A stretch of 64,000 bases of DNA. It comes from an uncultured virus (IMG/VR IMGVR_UViG_3300023109_000020) (lineage: Duplodnaviria; Heunggongvirae; Uroviricota; Caudoviricetes). The stretch lies in the IMG/VR virus record IMGVR_UViG_3300023109_000020, one strand, 5' to 3'. The notes beneath the pieces were generated by a model, which did not search any database, had not been told where the DNA came from, and worked only from the letters and a program-made list of their open reading frames with translations. The translations under genes were made by a program, and so were the position numbers. Below, piece after piece: positions 59,850 to 64,000 of this stretch. The first letter of the stretch is position 1. The number at the start of each line of letters is the position of its first letter.

Positions 59850-61028
59850 TTAGCTAAAGCTAACGTTACCGTTAGTGATAGCAACTTTACCTAGGTAGTC
59901 AGCTGCGTTACCAAGCGATGACGCAGTGTTAGTTAACTCAACATAACCATAACGTGTCATAAATGATACTGTTGGTTCGAATGTTGATGGATCTAGTACA
60001 ACGCCTGAGCTCATTAGTGGGATGTATGGGCAATAGAATGCCGCTGCATCTGATTCACTTGAACCTTTGTAGCCGATTAGTACTGGTGCTGCATCTGATG
60101 CATATGTGTTTACATATACTTTCATAGCATTGTTCAATGTACCAACCATTTTAGTGTTAGTTGGTGCTTCGAATGTACCTTCAGTTGTACGAGCGAACGC
60201 AGAAGTAGTTGCAGACTGTAGGATTGTAAGCGCGAATGGCGATACAACTGCCCAGTTACCTGCGCCACGACGTGTGCGCTGTGCAATCAAGTTACTTACG
60301 CGGTTGATTTGTACTGCTAGTGCAGCATGCTCATCACCTACGAAAGTTGCAGTACCACTTACAGCCGCTTGGTTGTAAGTTTCAGCTGCGTTACCTGCTA
60401 GCGAAGTAAGAGATCCTAGAACCTCTTGGTCGATCTCAGCAGTAATCTCTTGAGCAAGTGCTGCCATGATTTCTGCTTCTACGTCGATACCATGCTGCGA
60501 CTGTGCGTCTTGTGCAGCTTCGAATGTCCAGCGTGCGCTGAGCTTACGAGTTTTAGCTTCGACTGTTTGCTTTAAGATCTGAATTGACATTCTGTTACCA
60601 GCTGCGCCTTCTAGTGAAGCTGTTGAAGCTGCACGATCAGTTGCTGCGTCTCCAGAATAACCTTCTGCAATCTTAAATGGTGAAAGTGCTTCTTCACCTG
60701 CTGTCACATCTGTGCCATTTGTGCTGTCGAAACCGTCAGCATAACGTACACGTAGAGTGTGAATTTGCCCTACTGGGCCAGTCATTGGTTGTACACCAAC
60801 TAATTCGTTAGCAATGACTGTTGGCATTACACGACGAATAACTGGTAGGATAACACGGTTAAGTGTTGCGACATTACCGGCGGATGTTGCACCAGCTGTT
60901 GCGGATTCTGAAAGATACTTGCGTGTATTTTCCAATGTTGAAGCCATTACAGCTTTCTTGTTGCCTTGTAGGCCTTCAAGAAGTGCAGTTTTTGTATCCT
61001 GCCAGCGACTTTCTAATAGTTCTGACAT
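59850..61028 (-). CDS. Major capsid protein (T4 gp23-like)
   Basis: VIRRVMPTVIANELVGVQPMTGPVGQI, AKTRKLSARWTFEAAQD, EITAEIDQE, FYCPYIPL, FMTRYG. Confidence 0.97.
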   Translation of the reverse strand: MSELLESRWQDTKTALLEGLQGNKKAVMASTLENTRKYLSESATAGATSAGNVATLNRVILPVIRRVMPTVIANELVGVQPMTGPVGQIHTLRVRYADGFDSTNGTDVTAGEEALSPFKIAEGYSGDAATDRAASTASLEGAAGNRMSIQILKQTVEAKTRKLSARWTFEAAQDAQSQHGIDVEAEIMAALAQEITAEIDQEVLGSLTSLAGNAAETYNQAAVSGTATFVGDEHAALAVQINRVSNLIAQRTRRGAGNWAVVSPFALTILQSATTSAFARTTEGTFEAPTNTKMVGTLNNAMKVYVNTYASDAAPVLIGYKGSSESDAAAFYCPYIPLMSSGVVLDPSTFEPTVSFMTRYGYVELTNTASSLGNAADYLGKVAITNGNVSFS

Positions 61029-61038
61029 AATTATCTCC

Positions 61039-62139
61039 TTAATTTAATCCAGCTAGACGACGAATGTCTAATACATTTCCGTCATCTGCTTTTGAACTTG
61101 AACTAACGTTAGTTTGTTTTTTATTGCCTGTGATTTCTTTGCCTTCTGCTAGTACTGCCTTCTTCTTCGCTGGAGTTTTACTGTCGATAACTGACGGTAA
61201 GTATTTGTCAAAAGACTGTTGTAGCCTATCTGTCTGTACTGATTCCAGTAAGTCTGTCATAATTTCACGCTGGGCTTTACCTAATGGTGCAACCAAGTCG
61301 TTTAATTTTTTTTCTCTCTTAGCAGTCTCTACAAGACGTTGTTTTTCAACGGTTGCAGTTTCTGCTAGTGTTTTTGCTTTTACAGCAAACGCTTTTGATT
61401 CAGCAATCTGACGATCTTTAACAGCTAAAACTTTCATAAGTTTAGCAGTTTCGGATTTTTCGTTTAGATAGCTGTTTGAATATTCAGAAGCAAAAGCTTC
61501 GAATAGTTTGCGACCAAAGTCGTTTGTACGTGCAACTTCGATATCTTCTTTAAGTTGACCAATTTCTTGTGTAAGTTTTTGTTCAACTGTTTCAGATACA
61601 AGAGCAGCACTCTTTGCAACAAATTCTTTTCTAACTGTTGCAAGTTTTTCTTTAGCTTCTTTTACAAGTTTTACCTTGGTTTCGGCTAAATCCTTTTTAT
61701 CTTCGTAAAATTCTGCAAGTTCTTTAGCAAGTGATTCTACCACAAATTCTTCGAGCTGTGAAAATTTTGTTGCCATTACTTTTTGATCTTCATGAAGTTC
61801 TGAAATCTCAGTACCTAACTGTTCCATTACAAAGCCTTTTAGTAAATTTGCGTTTTCACGCATCTTAACAGCATACTTTGCTTTTGCTTCAGCTAGTTGT
61901 TTGCGATCTTCTGCAAACTCTGAAATTTCTTCAGCTAAACGCTCTTCAAGCAGTTTATCGATTGATTCAACCATAGTCTGCTTGTCATGCTCGTATTTTT
62001 GAGCAAATTCTTCACGAAGTTCAGCAGTAGCAGCACGACGATTCTCTTGAATCTTCGATTCCCATGCTTCTTCGATTTCGCGGCGCACTTCTTCGTTAAC
62101 TACATCATTTTCAAAAAGTGTTTTTAGTGCATCCAACAT
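61039..62139 (-). CDS. Prohead core scaffold protein (T4 gp22-like)
   Basis: Long E/K coiled coil lying between the protease and capsid genes. Confidence 0.85.
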   Translation of the reverse strand: MLDALKTLFENDVVNEEVRREIEEAWESKIQENRRAATAELREEFAQKYEHDKQTMVESIDKLLEERLAEEISEFAEDRKQLAEAKAKYAVKMRENANLLKGFVMEQLGTEISELHEDQKVMATKFSQLEEFVVESLAKELAEFYEDKKDLAETKVKLVKEAKEKLATVRKEFVAKSAALVSETVEQKLTQEIGQLKEDIEVARTNDFGRKLFEAFASEYSNSYLNEKSETAKLMKVLAVKDRQIAESKAFAVKAKTLAETATVEKQRLVETAKREKKLNDLVAPLGKAQREIMTDLLESVQTDRLQQSFDKYLPSVIDSKTPAKKKAVLAEGKEITGNKKQTNVSSSSKADDGNVLDIRRLAGLN

Positions 62140-62153
62140 TGTGTTTTCTCCTG

Positions 62154-62786
62154 TTATTGGAGTCGACTGATTATATTAATCAGCGATTCTTTTAGATATT
62201 TTTGTGCCTTGTCGTCTTGTTTTGTTGCCTGTGCTAATTCGTATGCCTTATACCCTCCACGGGCATTCATTAGATGCTCGTAAATTGGTGTTGGGTATGC
62301 ACCAGGGGCGCTAGGCTGAGCCACTACGTCCACAGTGATTATTTCGAAATCAGAAACTTCATTACTACCGTCTTCTGATACGTTTCCTGAACCTCTAGAA
62401 CTGACGCCAAGTTTGACGCCAGCTTCTAGCATAGTTTGTACTAACTGCCCCATTGGGGTTGGTAATATTTTTAATTTTCCATAACCGTTTGGTCCATCCA
62501 TCCACATATCTGTGATCATATGGCTTACACGGTCTAAATTAATATTAAGTCCTTCTGGATGATCAACTTCGCCGAGAACACTGTATCCTCCTGATACTTG
62601 ATCGTTGAGAGTTTTGACAGCCCTACCAATTTCATTTACAGGATATACACGTTGGTTTGCGTTACGCACGCCTCCTTGTATGCAGATGCCCTTCATAAAA
62701 AGGTCTTTGCCGCCTGTAGCGTTATCGGTAGACTCAACAACCATGCCTGCTTGGTCGAATGTCAAATGCTCTCGTAGGTTTTTCAT
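62154..62786 (-). CDS. Prohead protease (T4 gp21-like)
   Basis: RNANQRVYP, LGEVDHP, DRVSH, ILPTPMG, GVSSRGSG, DVVAQPSAPGA. Confidence 0.95.
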   Translation of the reverse strand: MKNLREHLTFDQAGMVVESTDNATGGKDLFMKGICIQGGVRNANQRVYPVNEIGRAVKTLNDQVSGGYSVLGEVDHPEGLNINLDRVSHMITDMWMDGPNGYGKLKILPTPMGQLVQTMLEAGVKLGVSSRGSGNVSEDGSNEVSDFEIITVDVVAQPSAPGAYPTPIYEHLMNARGGYKAYELAQATKQDDKAQKYLKESLINIISRLQ

Positions 62787-62806
62787 TCAGTTATCCTTAA
62801 CGTTGC

Positions 62807-63799
62807 TTACTTAGCGCGAGTACTTACTTTATTAAGTGTGCTACTTGCGCCTTTGTCAGCACTTTCTGGTTTACCTTTTTTCTCGGCTCCATGTCCAGCT
62901 GGGACAGTTTTACCTGCCTTTGCTGCTTTCCCGCCCGGTACATTAACATTACCTGTACTCATGTCCTTCGGAGAAGTATCGCTTAGTGCGTTGCCTTTTA
63001 CTGCACCGCCTGCTGCGCCTGCTTCGCTACCTTCGCCTGTCGTTGACTGGTTTAGATTGCTTACTGTACCACCCATGTCATTTTTACCTGCTACTGCTGA
63101 CTTAGTGCCATTGGTGCCGGTATCACCCATAGATGCTGATACTTTTTCTACATACTCACGCATTGTTTCAGTTTGTGATTTCTCACCTTCTTCATCGTCA
63201 GCTGCTTCTTCAACTTCTTCGTCGTCCGATTCAAAAGCATATGACTCTTCTTCAGCTTCGTCTTCGTCGCCTTCTTCGTCTTCTTCGCCTTCGTCGTCCA
63301 TGTCCATGTCCATGTCCATGTCGTCGCCTTCGTCGCCGTCCATCATTGAATCAAATTCTGCTTTTAGATCTGCTAATGCATCTTCTAGATCCATAACACG
63401 ATCTTCAATTTCTTCTTCTTCACCGTCTACTTCTGGTGCTGCATCTGCATCTGGCATTGCTACGTCCATTTCTAGGTCATCGCCTGCATCGCCACCCATC
63501 ATTGCATCCATTGGGTCTGCTTCAACTTCGAACTCGTCTAAGTTAAAACCTTCGTCTAGATCTTCATCTGACTCGTCAACTTCTTCATCGTCTGACTCGT
63601 CTAAATCTTCATCTGACTCGTCAACTTCTTCATCAGTAGCTTCTTCGACTTCTTCGTCGTCCATGTCTGACTCTAGTAGTGACTCGTAAATATCTCTTGA
63701 TTTTTCAACCACAATCTCGTGGAATAATTCTTCAGCACCTTCACGATCTTCATTGATCAAGCGCTCAAGCATTTCTTCAAACTTTTTTGAATCTGCCAT
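62807..63799 (-). CDS. Highly acidic prohead core / internal protein
   Basis: Extremely D/E-rich centre and G/K-rich tail; sits upstream of the protease like T4 gp67/gp68; AGGAG RBS and GTTAAATA motif at 63845-63852. Confidence 0.6.
   Translation of the reverse strand: MADSKKFEEMLERLINEDREGAEELFHEIVVEKSRDIYESLLESDMDDEEVEEATDEEVDESDEDLDESDDEEVDESDEDLDEGFNLDEFEVEADPMDAMMGGDAGDDLEMDVAMPDADAAPEVDGEEEEIEDRVMDLEDALADLKAEFDSMMDGDEGDDMDMDMDMDDEGEEDEEGDEDEAEEESYAFESDDEEVEEAADDEEGEKSQTETMREYVEKVSASMGDTGTNGTKSAVAGKNDMGGTVSNLNQSTTGEGSEAGAAGGAVKGNALSDTSPKDMSTGNVNVPGGKAAKAGKTVPAGHGAEKKGKPESADKGASSTLNKVSTRAK
63296..63634. repeat. Coding tandem repeats in the acidic protein
   Basis: (gtccat)x4 at ~63296-63323 (DMDMDMDMD) and a ~45 bp-period duplication at ~63554-63634 (DEEVDESDEDLDE). 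Confidence 0.8.
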
Positions 63800-64000
63800 T
63801 TTTTTCTCCTATAAATGTTTTACCTATGGTAAGGCTGTCAGTTGTATTTAACATCGATAGTAAAAAGTATGCGAAAATAGGCTCAAAACAAGCTATTTTA
63901 TAGATGTGTTAAGAAATATTGAACATTTTAATAAAATCTTCAATAAAAATATGTTTTAAGTTGTTAAATTTATTTAGTTCTTGCGGTTGATAATTATCAG

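Noticed and set aside
385..63689. Many plus-strand ORFs antisense to the structural genes (e.g. 62838-63689, 54505-54975, 23105-23545)
   Set aside because: Shadow ORFs caused by codon bias of the real minus-strand genes; no RBS, promoter or recognisable motifs

Overview
A 64 kb AT-rich segment of a large T4-superfamily (myovirus-like) phage genome covering the virion morphogenesis region, mostly on the minus strand. It holds head genes (acidic core protein, gp21 protease, gp22 scaffold, gp23 major capsid), about 39 kb of fibre/appendage genes (1738, 1573, 2616, 4017 and 700 aa, three small paralogous partner proteins, three tandem Cys/Gly-rich paralogues and a chaperone-like protein), and neck/tail genes (gp13, gp14, gp15, enlarged gp18 sheath, gp19 tube, gp4). 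Next to the fibre genes is an ADP-heptose cluster (hldE, hldD, gmhB, cupin) with a GT9-like heptosyltransferase and a NodU/CmcH carbamoyltransferase. The transferases follow a perfect T4-type late promoter set inside an RBS-sequestering hairpin, so this is a candidate virion carbamoyl-heptosylation system. Other points of interest: a stand-alone ~250 nt structured ncRNA after the capsid gene (possibly manA-like), two structured late 5' leaders, a probable AUU start for gp14, several apparently leaderless genes, and about 12 phycobiliprotein-like CxRD helical repeats in the 4017 aa protein. All calls come from reading motifs by eye; no database search or folding program was run.
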